NCBI GenBank assembly: GCA_045617685.1
Contig: JAZLJB010000010.1
Location: 172 to 64,171, forward strand
Length of the DNA: 64,000 nucleotides
Reading direction: 5' to 3'
Origin: Vescimonas sp.
Lineage (GTDB): Bacteria; Bacillota; Clostridia; Oscillospirales; Oscillospiraceae
Shown here piece after piece: positions 40,257 through 50,216 of this stretch. Made by a program: the position numbers and the translations under genes. Numbering within the stretch: position 1 is the stretch's first letter; every line of letters starts with the position of its first letter. Below the pieces are notes generated by a model. The model had not been told where the DNA came from. It searched no databases and saw nothing but the letters and a program-made list of their open reading frames with translations.

Positions 40257-41321
40257 TTATTTTAAGGTAAACACCATCTGCACCGGATTATGGTCAGAAT
40301 AAGCAAAGCCCGTGTCAATAACTTTCGCCTGTCCTACTGCCACATTGTCGGAAACAATGAAACCATCCAGTGTCACCACAAACTGCCCTTCATGATAGGC
40401 AGCATCAGCGTTACGGCTGCTGGCAACCGGATTATCCTTGTCCAGCGGTGCTATCAACTGGAAGTTCGAGCCGTCAAATGTGCCATCGGGTATCGGTTGC
40501 GCCCAGGTGTACTCCTTGTCCGCCTTACCGAAATACTTGCTGGAATCGCCCAACAAATCCTTATTAAAGTCACCGCCGCAAACGACATAGTTGCCATTAT
40601 TATATTCATTCTGCATATCTTCAAGCAGCAGTCTCAACTGCTCGTTAACCACTGTACCATCCGAGGTATAGGCAGATAGGTGCACATTATACAGCACCAG
40701 TTCTCTACCGGTTTCCACGGGAATACGGCTGACAGAATAGCAACGGTCCAGGTCTACCAGCTTCATAAGGCTGTTCTCAATCGGTAGCTCGTGCCGTATC
40801 GCACTTGTTATTTCAAAGGGCGAAAATGTCATAATGCCGGATTTTGATGCTCCGTGGGGCTGCGTAAACGGGTAGAACAAAAACGGTGAATCATAGTTCT
40901 GCGCCCAGATAGATGCCTTATTCTCTATCGCACTGCGCAGAATTTCAGCTTCATCCACATGATAGCTGCGAGTAGAATTGGCGTCCACTTCCTGCATTAG
41001 ATAAAAATCGGCTTTTTGATCCAACGCAGTATTGGCGATGTTGTCCATATTGGTTTTCAGCCGCTCCTCTGACCATGCCCAGGATTGGGTGCCGCCATCC
41101 ATAAAGAAATCATAATCGCTTTCATAAGCTCCGAAGCCAATGTTATAGGACACTATTTTATAAGGCTTAAAAATCTGCACCTTTCCATTTTGGTTGTTGG
41201 AAATCTCAAGTTCCATATCACCAATTCTATGATAGTCAATCAGCACATAAGCCAAATAGCCCACCACAAGAATCAGCACAGCCAGGACAATCCCTAAAAG
41301 CACTTTCAAACCTTTTTTCAT
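40257..41321 (-). CDS. Membrane-anchored endonuclease/exonuclease/phosphatase family protein
   Basis: SYNIG, QEVD, NVHLSAY, GGDFN and SDH motifs. Confidence 0.88.
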   Translation of the reverse strand: MKKGLKVLLGIVLAVLILVVGYLAYVLIDYHRIGDMELEISNNQNGKVQIFKPYKIVSYNIGFGAYESDYDFFMDGGTQSWAWSEERLKTNMDNIANTALDQKADFYLMQEVDANSTRSYHVDEAEILRSAIENKASIWAQNYDSPFLFYPFTQPHGASKSGIMTFSPFEITSAIRHELPIENSLMKLVDLDRCYSVSRIPVETGRELVLYNVHLSAYTSDGTVVNEQLRLLLEDMQNEYNNGNYVVCGGDFNKDLLGDSSKYFGKADKEYTWAQPIPDGTFDGSNFQLIAPLDKDNPVASSRNADAAYHEGQFVVTLDGFIVSDNVAVGQAKVIDTGFAYSDHNPVQMVFTLK

Positions 41322-41403
41322 TCTATTCACCCTCGTTTCTCATTTACAATTTGTAGCAATCATATTATAATATACTCATCCCGAAAATGAAAGAAGAATT
41401 TAT

Positions 41404-41979
41404 TTGAAAAAGCTCACAATTCGCTTTAATGCACCGGTGGTATTGATATTCGCCATGCTCTCACTGTTGGTACTGATTTTAGACGGAATATCAAATGGCG
41501 CAACCACCATGAATTATTTCTGCATTTACCACGCCTCTCTATCTGATCCTTTAACTTATGTGCGCCTTTTCGGTCATGTATTAGGTCACTCAGACTATTC
41601 TCATTACATGGGAAATATGTTACTGCTACTATTGGTCGGCCCCGGCTTAGAGGAAAAGTACGGCAGCAAAACCTTACTGTTCACCATCGCCATTACTGCG
41701 TTGGTCACCGGTTTAGTGCAGTTTATCGTATTCCCGGGCACTGCCCTGCTGGGTGCCAGCGGCATCGTATTTATGATGATCGTACTCAGTTCTTTCACGG
41801 AAATGAAAAAGGGCGGCATTCCCATCACGCTGATCTTGGTGGTAGTTTTTTACTTGGGTGGTGAAGTGGTAGACGGATTATTCACCGCTGACAGTATTTC
41901 ACAACTGACCCATATCATCGGCGGTGTATGCGGTCTGATTTTCGGCTTTGCATTATCGCCTCAACGGCGCCGGAGGTAA
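41404..41979 (+). CDS. Rhomboid intramembrane serine protease
   Basis: HVLGH...HYMGN, GASG (Ser) and HIIGG (His) motifs. Confidence 0.88.
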   Translation: MKKLTIRFNAPVVLIFAMLSLLVLILDGISNGATTMNYFCIYHASLSDPLTYVRLFGHVLGHSDYSHYMGNMLLLLLVGPGLEEKYGSKTLLFTIAITALVTGLVQFIVFPGTALLGASGIVFMMIVLSSFTEMKKGGIPITLILVVVFYLGGEVVDGLFTADSISQLTHIIGGVCGLIFGFALSPQRRRR

Positions 41980-41984
41980 TCATC

Positions 41985-42404
41985 ATGTGGCTTGCTTTCA
42001 GCATCGCATTTTCTGCGCTCATAGCGGATCGTTATCTGAAATACCGCGCCCGACACGGCAAAACACGCCACCATGTGGAAAACAAAGGTCTTGCCGGAGG
42101 TCGGATATCCGGCCACCCATGTATCAAATGGGTCAGCACAGCAGCACTGTGTATCATGTCAGCAGTTTTTATTCCGCAACTGCAGCATGAAAACACCGCC
42201 GGCAAAACCAGCATTTTATTGGTACTGCTCGGCGGCGTCAGCAATGTCTTTGATCGACTGTGCCATCACAGTGTCACCGATATGATTGCACTACCTCACC
42301 CCATTAAGAAAGGGAAACAACTGGTCTGGAATATTGCTGATTTCATGCTGTTAGGCGGCAGTTTACTGTATATCCTACATATTCTGCAAAAATCAGGAAA
42401 ATAA
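41985..42404 (+). CDS. Signal peptidase II (LspA)-like protein, short form
   Basis: ADR..K, ENKG, GGVSNVFDR, VTD and WNIADF motifs. Confidence 0.75.
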   Translation: MWLAFSIAFSALIADRYLKYRARHGKTRHHVENKGLAGGRISGHPCIKWVSTAALCIMSAVFIPQLQHENTAGKTSILLVLLGGVSNVFDRLCHHSVTDMIALPHPIKKGKQLVWNIADFMLLGGSLLYILHILQKSGK

Positions 42405-42480
42405 TGTATAAACCCTTGCAATGCAACAAAAAATGCAGTATAAATTCTATTAGAATTATCCTATTAGGAGATGTTATATT

Positions 42481-43656
42481 ATGACTCGAGATGAAGAATT
42501 GATTGAATTTTGCCGTGAGGCGATTCGTACTCCCAGCTTTTCAGGCAAAGAAGAAGCTGTAGCAAAATTATTGAAAGCTAAAATGGAATCTTACGGTTTC
42601 GATGAGGTTGTCATTGACCGTTACGGCAGTGTATTGGGCCGCATCCACGGAAAACGCCCCGGTAAAACAATTTTGATGGATGGTCATATCGATCATGTAG
42701 ATGTGATTGATGCGAGCGACTGGCAACACGATCCTTTTGGCGCTGAAATAGACGATGGCAAAATCTATGGGCGTGGCACATCCGACATGAAGGGCAGCGT
42801 CACTGCCATGATTTCTGCCGCTGCGCACTTTGCAGAAGACAGCGACAGAAATTTTGCCGGTGAAATCTGTGTATCCTGCACCGTACACGAAGAATGCTTC
42901 GAGGGTATCTCCTCCCGCGAAATCACTCGCCTTTGTAAACCAGATTTTGTCATTGTAGGCGAAGCCACTACCTCCACCGTGAAGATCGGTCAGCGTGGCC
43001 GTGCAGAAGTAGTGGTAGAAACAGAGGGTATCAGTTGTCACTCCTCCAACCCTGAAAAGGGCGTAAATGCTGTGTACGCAATGACAGCAGTTATCGATGA
43101 AATCCGCAAAATCACGCCTAACGAACACCCACTCTTGGGCAAAGGCATTCTGGAACTGACCGATATTATGTCCTTCCCCTACCCCGGTGCTTCTGTGGTG
43201 CCGTCCTTGTGCCGTGCCACCTTTGACCGCCGCACTTTAGTGGGCGAGGATGAATCTGTGATTCTGGGGCAGGTAGAAGAGGCCATCCGCAAGGCGCAGG
43301 AAAAACACCCCGGTTTGAAAGCCAGAACTTATTTGGCAGAAGGCAGCGAGCTCTGTTGGACCGGAGATACGATTGTTTCTAAGCGCTACTTCCCCGCATG
43401 GGCTGTGGCAGAGGACAGTGAACTGGTACAAAAAGCTTTGGCCGGTTTGCATGAGGCAGGTGTAGAAACCTCCATTTCCCATTTCTCCTTCTGCACCAAC
43501 GGCAGTCATTTCTGCGGTGAAGCCGGTATCCCCACCATTGGCTACGGCCCCTCCCTGGAGTCGTTGGCCCATGTGCGTGATGAGTACATTGAAATTGAAG
43601 AACTGACCAAAGCCTGCCGAGGCTTCGAGGGGATCCTCCGACAGTTGACTAAATAA
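42481..43656 (+). CDS. M20 amidohydrolase, YgeY/ArgE-like
   Basis: DGHIDHV, GRGTSDMKG, HEECFEG, GQRGR and AHVRDEY motifs. Confidence 0.88.
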   Translation: MTRDEELIEFCREAIRTPSFSGKEEAVAKLLKAKMESYGFDEVVIDRYGSVLGRIHGKRPGKTILMDGHIDHVDVIDASDWQHDPFGAEIDDGKIYGRGTSDMKGSVTAMISAAAHFAEDSDRNFAGEICVSCTVHEECFEGISSREITRLCKPDFVIVGEATTSTVKIGQRGRAEVVVETEGISCHSSNPEKGVNAVYAMTAVIDEIRKITPNEHPLLGKGILELTDIMSFPYPGASVVPSLCRATFDRRTLVGEDESVILGQVEEAIRKAQEKHPGLKARTYLAEGSELCWTGDTIVSKRYFPAWAVAEDSELVQKALAGLHEAGVETSISHFSFCTNGSHFCGEAGIPTIGYGPSLESLAHVRDEYIEIEELTKACRGFEGILRQLTK

Positions 43657-43708
43657 TCATAGCATATAAAAAACGATACAAGCATAAAACTGCTTGCATC
43701 GTTTTTTC

Positions 43709-44512
43709 TTATTCAAATTCCAATGTATCGCCCACACATACTTCCTCTATGGGAATAGCCGTATGAATCGCCGCACGGGCAGCAAAACAAGTGCAGTGGC
43801 ATGGACACAGCCGTTTTGGCCGCAATGTTCTGAAACGACGGACGGTCTTTTCCAGTTGCCGATTTTCTTCCATCAGATGAAAACCGCCGATGATCGCTGA
43901 AATGCGTTCCTCGTTACATACCTGCTGAGCATAGTGGATGATATTACAAATACCGGCATGGGAACAGCCCGTAACAATGGTTAATCCGTCCTTACCCCGA
44001 TACACCAGTGCCGAGTCATCTAACAAGAAATCGGGCTTCCATGTATTTCTTTCCAACCGCTCACCAATCGGCTCTTGTGCCTCAAAATCATTAAGCCGTG
44101 GGATCTCACCTAAAAAGGTCAATCGTTCTGTCAGGGCAACCGGTTGGCTCGTCAGGCGCAAGTCAAATCTCTTTTCTGCCTGCTCCTCTGTGAGGGGAGC
44201 GCCAATCGACAGTCCCTCGAAGCGCCGAGGATCAAAAATAGACGGGTGCGCATAAAGTGGAATCTTTCGCTCACTCTCTGGAAGAAACAGCAAACCTCTG
44301 GTATGGTCATCGTGTCCGTGGGACAAAATGATCATATCCACATCGACCAAATTGATTCCCAGTTTCTCCGCATTGCGGACCGCTGCGTCAGAGTAGCCGG
44401 TGTCAAACAAAATTCGCTGATCCCCATCCTGCAGATAATAGCAAACCGCAGGCTCTCCCAAATAGTAAGCATCAATGCGTGTCATATTGTCCGTTAAAAC
44501 TGTTAATTTCAT
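43709..44512 (-). CDS. MBL-fold metallohydrolase
   Basis: ILFDTG, SHGHDDH, GCSHAG, GGFHL and PCHCT motifs. Confidence 0.9.
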   Translation of the reverse strand: MKLTVLTDNMTRIDAYYLGEPAVCYYLQDGDQRILFDTGYSDAAVRNAEKLGINLVDVDMIILSHGHDDHTRGLLFLPESERKIPLYAHPSIFDPRRFEGLSIGAPLTEEQAEKRFDLRLTSQPVALTERLTFLGEIPRLNDFEAQEPIGERLERNTWKPDFLLDDSALVYRGKDGLTIVTGCSHAGICNIIHYAQQVCNEERISAIIGGFHLMEENRQLEKTVRRFRTLRPKRLCPCHCTCFAARAAIHTAIPIEEVCVGDTLEFE

Positions 44513-45390
44513 GCCTCTACCTCTTTTGTAGGCATCAATTCACTGAACAGTGCCGATCCTAAAATCAATACAGCACCTACAATACCGAAAATCGATAAAG
44601 TTTCATGCAACACCAAAGCAGACAGCACTACGGACTCCACTGGGTCTAAATATCCCACTAAAGCCACCGTCTGTATCGGTAAATGTTCCATGGAACTGAA
44701 ATATAGGAGATAGGCAATGCCCGTATGAACGATACCCAATATCACAACCAAAAATATGGACCGTGTGTCTAATTGCAATGTCTGTCCCCCATCACGGTAA
44801 ATCACATACGGCAGCACGATAAGGGCGGAAACGAATAGTTGGATCATGGATTTGACCAAAGGCTGTACGCCGTGGATCTTTTTATTGCATATCACCACAC
44901 TCATAAAGCCAAGAGCCGCTGCCAAGCTAAGCAAAACACCACGCATATTCACATCACTGCGGCTGCCTTGCATTACTCCGGACACCAATACAATGCCTAT
45001 GAAGCTGGCAGCAACACACAACAGCTTCTTACCGGTCAGCTTTTCCTTGAAGATAAACGGAGAGACGATAATCACCATGATCGGCGCCGTGTAATAGCAC
45101 AAGCTGGCGATGGCCACTGTGGTAGCGCGATAGGCGTCAAACAGGAACACCCAGTTCAAACCCAAGCAGGCACCGGAAACAATCAAAAGCACCAAACTGC
45201 GTCGATCGACATGTAAGTCTATTTTTTCACGGCGCAGCAAAAGAATAACTGCAATCGTTATCGTTCCCAACAATCCACGGCACAGCACCACAAACTCCGA
45301 AGGCGCATTCACATAGCGCAGCAGCACACCAATGGTACCATACAGCAACACCGCCACAATATATTTGATTTTCTCTTTCACAATGTTCAT
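44509..45390 (-). CDS. DMT/EamA family transporter
   Basis: About 10 TM segments in two EamA repeats; YTAP and HTGIAY motifs. Confidence 0.88.
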   Translation of the reverse strand: MNIVKEKIKYIVAVLLYGTIGVLLRYVNAPSEFVVLCRGLLGTITIAVILLLRREKIDLHVDRRSLVLLIVSGACLGLNWVFLFDAYRATTVAIASLCYYTAPIMVIIVSPFIFKEKLTGKKLLCVAASFIGIVLVSGVMQGSRSDVNMRGVLLSLAAALGFMSVVICNKKIHGVQPLVKSMIQLFVSALIVLPYVIYRDGGQTLQLDTRSIFLVVILGIVHTGIAYLLYFSSMEHLPIQTVALVGYLDPVESVVLSALVLHETLSIFGIVGAVLILGSALFSELMPTKEVEA

Positions 45391-45423
45391 TGGTGTAACT
45401 CCCGCATAACAAATGCCTCTTCT

Positions 45424-46356
45424 TTAATACTCGTAGCAGCTTCCACCCACAAATTCACGCACGAGGGAATTGTAAGGTACAAACGGTGTCTGCAGCGGCG
45501 GTACACCACCCACTACTTTCATCAAATCTGTCAAGCCGTGCTCTTCCAAAAATTCCGGTGTCAATTCATCCTTGAACTGCGGAATTTCATTGAGGTACTT
45601 GGCCAAAATACACGGCTCGTAGTCATGGAATGTATCAATATGGATCTCCGCATTATTCTTATGCGGCATGATATAATTGACTTCACCGCGGTCTACGCTT
45701 TCTGCACGCATAACCGTATCACGCAGGGAATGTCCACGGGTATTATAATCGCGAATCAGGCGACGTGCCACACGCAGTTGCTCCGGACGCACAATTTTAT
45801 CATCGTTGGTAATAATACGTGTGCGAGGTGCTACATACACACCGTTGGCACGCTCACGCAAGCCATCAAAAATCAAAGGATTCAGCATATGAATACCCTC
45901 GGCAATGATGATAGCATCTTTGTCACCCTGCATCTTTTTATAACCGCCGGTGGTACCTGTTTTGAAATCATACCACGGCACATCCACTTCTTCTCCCTCA
46001 CTTAAACGCAAAATACACTCGTTCAACAACTGCACATTCACGCAATAAGGCGATTCCCAATCCGTCGCCTCAGGCGGGCGTTGATCCAAGGGCAGGAAAA
46101 AGTTGTCCATGCTTAAAAGGCATACCTTAACGCCCAAATTTTCCAAGTATTCACTCAAGCGCATAGCAGTTGTGGTCTTTCCGGAGCCGCTGGGACCCGT
46201 TAATGCCACAATCGGTTTCCTCTCTTTATTTGCCAGAATTGTTGCTGCGGCAGCACCGATCTTATCATGAAAGACCTCCTCACAGCGCAAAACAAACTGG
46301 GTTTCATTGCGCATAGCATAGTTGATATTCTCTAAGTCTATTACTCGCATATCCAA
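45424..46356 (-). CDS. Uridine kinase-like nucleoside kinase
   Basis: GPSGSGKTT, MDNFF, EGIH and RRLIRD...RG motifs. Confidence 0.85.
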   Translation of the reverse strand: MDMRVIDLENINYAMRNETQFVLRCEEVFHDKIGAAAATILANKERKPIVALTGPSGSGKTTTAMRLSEYLENLGVKVCLLSMDNFFLPLDQRPPEATDWESPYCVNVQLLNECILRLSEGEEVDVPWYDFKTGTTGGYKKMQGDKDAIIIAEGIHMLNPLIFDGLRERANGVYVAPRTRIITNDDKIVRPEQLRVARRLIRDYNTRGHSLRDTVMRAESVDRGEVNYIMPHKNNAEIHIDTFHDYEPCILAKYLNEIPQFKDELTPEFLEEHGLTDLMKVVGGVPPLQTPFVPYNSLVREFVGGSCYEY

Positions 46357-46482
46357 TTACTCCTTTCTCAGTCTCTATCTTATGTGGTATTTTAGCACAT
46401 AAGCCGCAAAATAGCAACAAAGGGCTTCCAAGAGAAAACCGTTCAGTCAATTGACTGAACGGTTTTGCAAATATTACTTATT

Positions 46483-47316
46483 TTACTTATTCTGGTGCTT
46501 TTTTGCAGCAAGTGCCACCTTGAATCTATGGCGCTGTATATAATGGGAACGCCAATTCCCTTCAATATATGTTCCGTTTACGATTTCGTCAACTAAATGC
46601 GGAAACTGCTCTGGCTTACAGTAAGAATAGTACAGCATTTTTCGGTTCAGCGCATCTTCTACATATTTATCGATGGCGCACTCTTTCAAACGCTGCAATC
46701 CTGTGATCACTTGTGAGCGAATGTAGATCGTATCAAATCTTCTCACAGCTTCCCAACGGGGACACCGACCCTTTTCAACATCGGCGATAAGGCTACTGTA
46801 CTCCGCACCTTTCAGGTCATAATACAATGTTTTCACATAGTACTGGGCAGCACGCTCATACTTTTCCATGCGTTCACTTAGCATGGCCACCTCTAAGCAT
46901 AGATCTCCGACTATTTTTATTTCTTTCTTTTGAAACAGCTCACCAATCTTTTTATACAACAGAGAAAACATCACCTGTTCAAAAGAACTATTCTCAGCCA
47001 TTTCAGACTTGCGAATGCGGTAATCAGCTATTGTAACATGCGGACAGGCAAACTGGAAAAATTCTACATCTTCCTGATCACAAGCCTGCTCGCCTGCCTT
47101 CGTGATCCTGATACCACCCTGCTTTGTTAACTCCGCAAGTCCATTACGAATCAACTTTTTTGCAAAGCTACGGTTATCTCCAATGCCCAATTCCTGTTGG
47201 AAATAAGCCGGATAGTCCATCAAATTGATTTCAGGATTATTCATCGCATGATAAATAAAAACGGACTGCACATATTGCTTATTCCATTTGGGGTTGCTTT
47301 TAGAAGTATCGTGCAT
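46483..47316 (-). CDS. Hypothetical protein
   Basis: Long ORF with AGGAGA RBS directly after tagH, followed by a terminator at 46435-46466; no family recognised. Confidence 0.65.
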   Translation of the reverse strand: MHDTSKSNPKWNKQYVQSVFIYHAMNNPEINLMDYPAYFQQELGIGDNRSFAKKLIRNGLAELTKQGGIRITKAGEQACDQEDVEFFQFACPHVTIADYRIRKSEMAENSSFEQVMFSLLYKKIGELFQKKEIKIVGDLCLEVAMLSERMEKYERAAQYYVKTLYYDLKGAEYSSLIADVEKGRCPRWEAVRRFDTIYIRSQVITGLQRLKECAIDKYVEDALNRKMLYYSYCKPEQFPHLVDEIVNGTYIEGNWRSHYIQRHRFKVALAAKKHQNK

Positions 47317-47385
47317 ATTGTTCTCCTGCGATATCATAGATTCTTTTCCTTCAGCACTCGATACACTATAAGTAAGTCTTATGTG

Positions 47386-48144
47386 TTACTGCTGTTTGTC
47401 GGCGGTATTCGCTACGCTGTCCATCTTATCATAGAACTTCGCAGCAGCGTCCACATCGCCGTCATAAACCAGATGGCCATGTCGCAACACAAGACCTCGC
47501 TTACAGAAATTACGGGCTTCTCCCAAGGAGTGGGTTACAAACAGGAAAGTAACTCCCTGCTCCATGATTTCCTTGATCTTCTCTTTACACTTCAAACGGA
47601 AGTTTTTGTCGCCCACGCTCAAAGCTTCGTCCACGATCAGAATATCAGGTCTGATATTTGCATTGATGGCAAAGCCCAAACGAGCTTTCATACCGCTGGA
47701 ATAGGTACGCAGCGGCTGATCGATATAATCGCCCAGATCTGCAAACTTCAGAATCTCAGGCTCCAATGCCTTCATTTCCTTGCGAGGCACGCCCATGATT
47801 TCACCACGGAAAAACAGGTTCTCTCGACCGCTCAAATCCGGATCAAAGCCTGCTGCCAGCTCCAACAGGGCGCTGACACGGCCATTTACTCGAATGATTC
47901 CCTCGGTAGGATAGGTAACACCCGTAATCATCTTCAGTACCGTCGACTTGCCGGCACCATTGCGTCCGAACAGTGCCACAGACTCTCCCCGCTTCACTGT
48001 GAAAGAAACATTATCAATGGCGGCATTCTTACGCACGCCTTTATCACCCAACACCAAAGCTTTGAACTGCTCCTTATCACTACGGTACAGCTGATAGGTT
48101 TTTGTCACATTTTTCAGCTGAATCGCTATCGAATTATCTAACAT
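47386..48144 (-). CDS. tagH: Teichoic acid ABC exporter ATPase
   Basis: GRNGAGKST, YSSGMKARLGFA and DEALSVGD motifs. Confidence 0.88.
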   Translation of the reverse strand: MLDNSIAIQLKNVTKTYQLYRSDKEQFKALVLGDKGVRKNAAIDNVSFTVKRGESVALFGRNGAGKSTVLKMITGVTYPTEGIIRVNGRVSALLELAAGFDPDLSGRENLFFRGEIMGVPRKEMKALEPEILKFADLGDYIDQPLRTYSSGMKARLGFAINANIRPDILIVDEALSVGDKNFRLKCKEKIKEIMEQGVTFLFVTHSLGEARNFCKRGLVLRHGHLVYDGDVDAAAKFYDKMDSVANTADKQQ

Positions 48145-48156
48145 ATCTTCCCTTCC

Positions 48157-48963
48157 TTACAGTACATCAGGAATCGTCTTAATCAAACGCTTATATACCC
48201 ACAGTGTCAGCACCACCAATATGACATACATAATGGCAAAATTGCGCAACTCAGGAAGCCGTTCCCAGAACCAGTGCTTATAAATCAAAGCATTGCGGTA
48301 ACCATCCACAGTAATTGTTACCGGGTTAAACAGCATAACCTTACAAATCTTTCTATTACCGATGGAGTTTACATCATAGATAATGCCGGACAGCCAAAAC
48401 AGAGCTAATGTCATTGAACGGACCAAATGTAAAAAGTCTCGACTGACCACTGATATCAAGCCCGCAAACAACGCCCATGTTGTAAAGAATATTGTCATCA
48501 GCAGTGTATAGAGCGGTATTTGCAGCCAGTAAATATCAGGATTATGTCCGGTAATCACAAAGACAACCAAAACAATTAAAGTAAAGCATACATTGACGAA
48601 GAGGTTGGAAAGGCTATAAAACGAGGGTATTGTTTCCACCGGGTATTTGACCTTTGTTACCAGATAGCCGTAACGCCGAATACAACCGGCACCACCCGAA
48701 AACATGCTATTAATGTAAAACCATGGTGCCATACCTGCCAACAGCCACAGAATAGAGGAATAACCATTGACAGAAGTACCGCGGCGCAGACCGACAGACA
48801 GTGCAAAGAAGTAAATAAAAATTCGCATCGTCGGCTGGATCACAGCCCATGCCCAACCTAATGCAGCACCTTTATATGTTTTAATCAAATCGGCCTTTGC
48901 CATTTTTAAGATCTGGCGTCTGTACCGAATATGCACCTGAATGATTTTAATCAAACTTTTCAC
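48157..48963 (-). CDS. tagG: Teichoic acid ABC exporter permease
   Basis: YKGAALGWAW...P, PWFY, KVKYP and FNP...DGYR motifs. Confidence 0.88.
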   Translation of the reverse strand: MKSLIKIIQVHIRYRRQILKMAKADLIKTYKGAALGWAWAVIQPTMRIFIYFFALSVGLRRGTSVNGYSSILWLLAGMAPWFYINSMFSGGAGCIRRYGYLVTKVKYPVETIPSFYSLSNLFVNVCFTLIVLVVFVITGHNPDIYWLQIPLYTLLMTIFFTTWALFAGLISVVSRDFLHLVRSMTLALFWLSGIIYDVNSIGNRKICKVMLFNPVTITVDGYRNALIYKHWFWERLPELRNFAIMYVILVVLTLWVYKRLIKTIPDVL

Positions 48964-48993
48964 AAAAAAATCCTCACTAATTGCATTTTACGC

Positions 48994-49605
48994 TTATTTT
49001 ACACCGCGTTGGGTCAAAACAGCGGGAATGGTCTGGAACAGGCAATATGCGTCCATTTTCAAAGAACGGTTCTGCACATATTCTGCATCAATTTTTGCCT
49101 TATCACGATAATAAATATCGTCTCTGCCACGCACTTGCGCAAGGCCCGTAATGCCGGGTTTACTCTTAAACACGCCGTACTCCATACGCAGCTTGTTCAG
49201 TTTCTTCTCCGTCAAACAAACAGGGCGGAAACCCACAAATGACATATTGCCAATCAGCACATTGAACAGCTGCGGCAGCTCGTCCAAACTTGTTTTTCTC
49301 AGAAAATGTCCCACAGGTGTAATATACTGTTCCGGATTCTCCAGCAGGGATGTGGCCACATTATTCGGGGCATCAATATACATCGTGCGGAACTTATAAA
49401 TCTTAAACGCTTTTCCGTACTGTCCCATGCGCTCCTGCTTCAGCAGTGCGGGACCTTTGGAATCCAGCACAACGCAAACCGCAATAATCCCCATGGGGAT
49501 TATACAAATAGCGCAGGCCAACACGGCCACCACTAAATCAAAAAAGCGCTTCCAAAATATATATCCAGCTTCAGAACCATTGCAATTCTTATTGCCTTTT
49601 TCCAT
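48994..49605 (-). CDS. Priming sugar-phosphate transferase (monotopic PGT, Bac_transf)
   Basis: KRFFD, YKFRTM, LDELPQL and KPGITGLAQV motifs; own promoter TTGACT-N18-TATAAT at about 49744-49715. Confidence 0.92.
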   Translation of the reverse strand: MEKGNKNCNGSEAGYIFWKRFFDLVVAVLACAICIIPMGIIAVCVVLDSKGPALLKQERMGQYGKAFKIYKFRTMYIDAPNNVATSLLENPEQYITPVGHFLRKTSLDELPQLFNVLIGNMSFVGFRPVCLTEKKLNKLRMEYGVFKSKPGITGLAQVRGRDDIYYRDKAKIDAEYVQNRSLKMDAYCLFQTIPAVLTQRGVK

Positions 49606-49810
49606 ATTTGTATCCTCCATTGCAAGAATGTCTGCATATCATCTTACAATATCAAACAGTATTGTTTCAAAACAAAGCAATTCCATCAACAGCTTATGTG
49701 CCATTATCTGCGCTATTATAGCATATTCCCGCTACAAAAGTCAACTACGCTCCACTCTAGCTGTTCTCCATCTATATAAAAGGGCAGCTCATTAGGAGCT
49801 GCCCACTGTG

Positions 49811-50206
49811 TTATTTTTGCTTGATATCTTGCTTAATACTGGTTGTAGACACATCCGGAGTTCGCTCTAAATAGACAACCTCTGCGCCTTCTTCTTTCAG
49901 AAAGTCAAACTTACCCTCCCAGTCATTACCAATCACGAATGTGTCGATATGGTATTCGTGGATATCCGTACGCTTTTGCTCCCAGTTGGTTTCAGGAATC
50001 ACCAAATCCACATAGCGAATAGCTTCCAGCAACTGCTTACGCTGCTCATAACTGAAATAGCACTTTTTTTGTTTCTCCACCCAGTTGAACTCATCGGTAG
50101 AAAGCGCTACGATCAGATAATCGCCCAGTTCCTTAGCTCTACGCAGCAAATTGATATGCCCATAATGCAGCAGATCAAATGTACCATAAGTAATAACTCT
50201 TTTCAT
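49811..50206 (-). CDS. tagD: Glycerol-3-phosphate cytidylyltransferase
   Basis: [20 protein letters not shown] and RTPDVSTT motifs. Confidence 0.96.
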   Translation of the reverse strand: MKRVITYGTFDLLHYGHINLLRRAKELGDYLIVALSTDEFNWVEKQKKCYFSYEQRKQLLEAIRYVDLVIPETNWEQKRTDIHEYHIDTFVIGNDWEGKFDFLKEEGAEVVYLERTPDVSTTSIKQDIKQK

Positions 50207-50216
50207 GTCTCTAACC

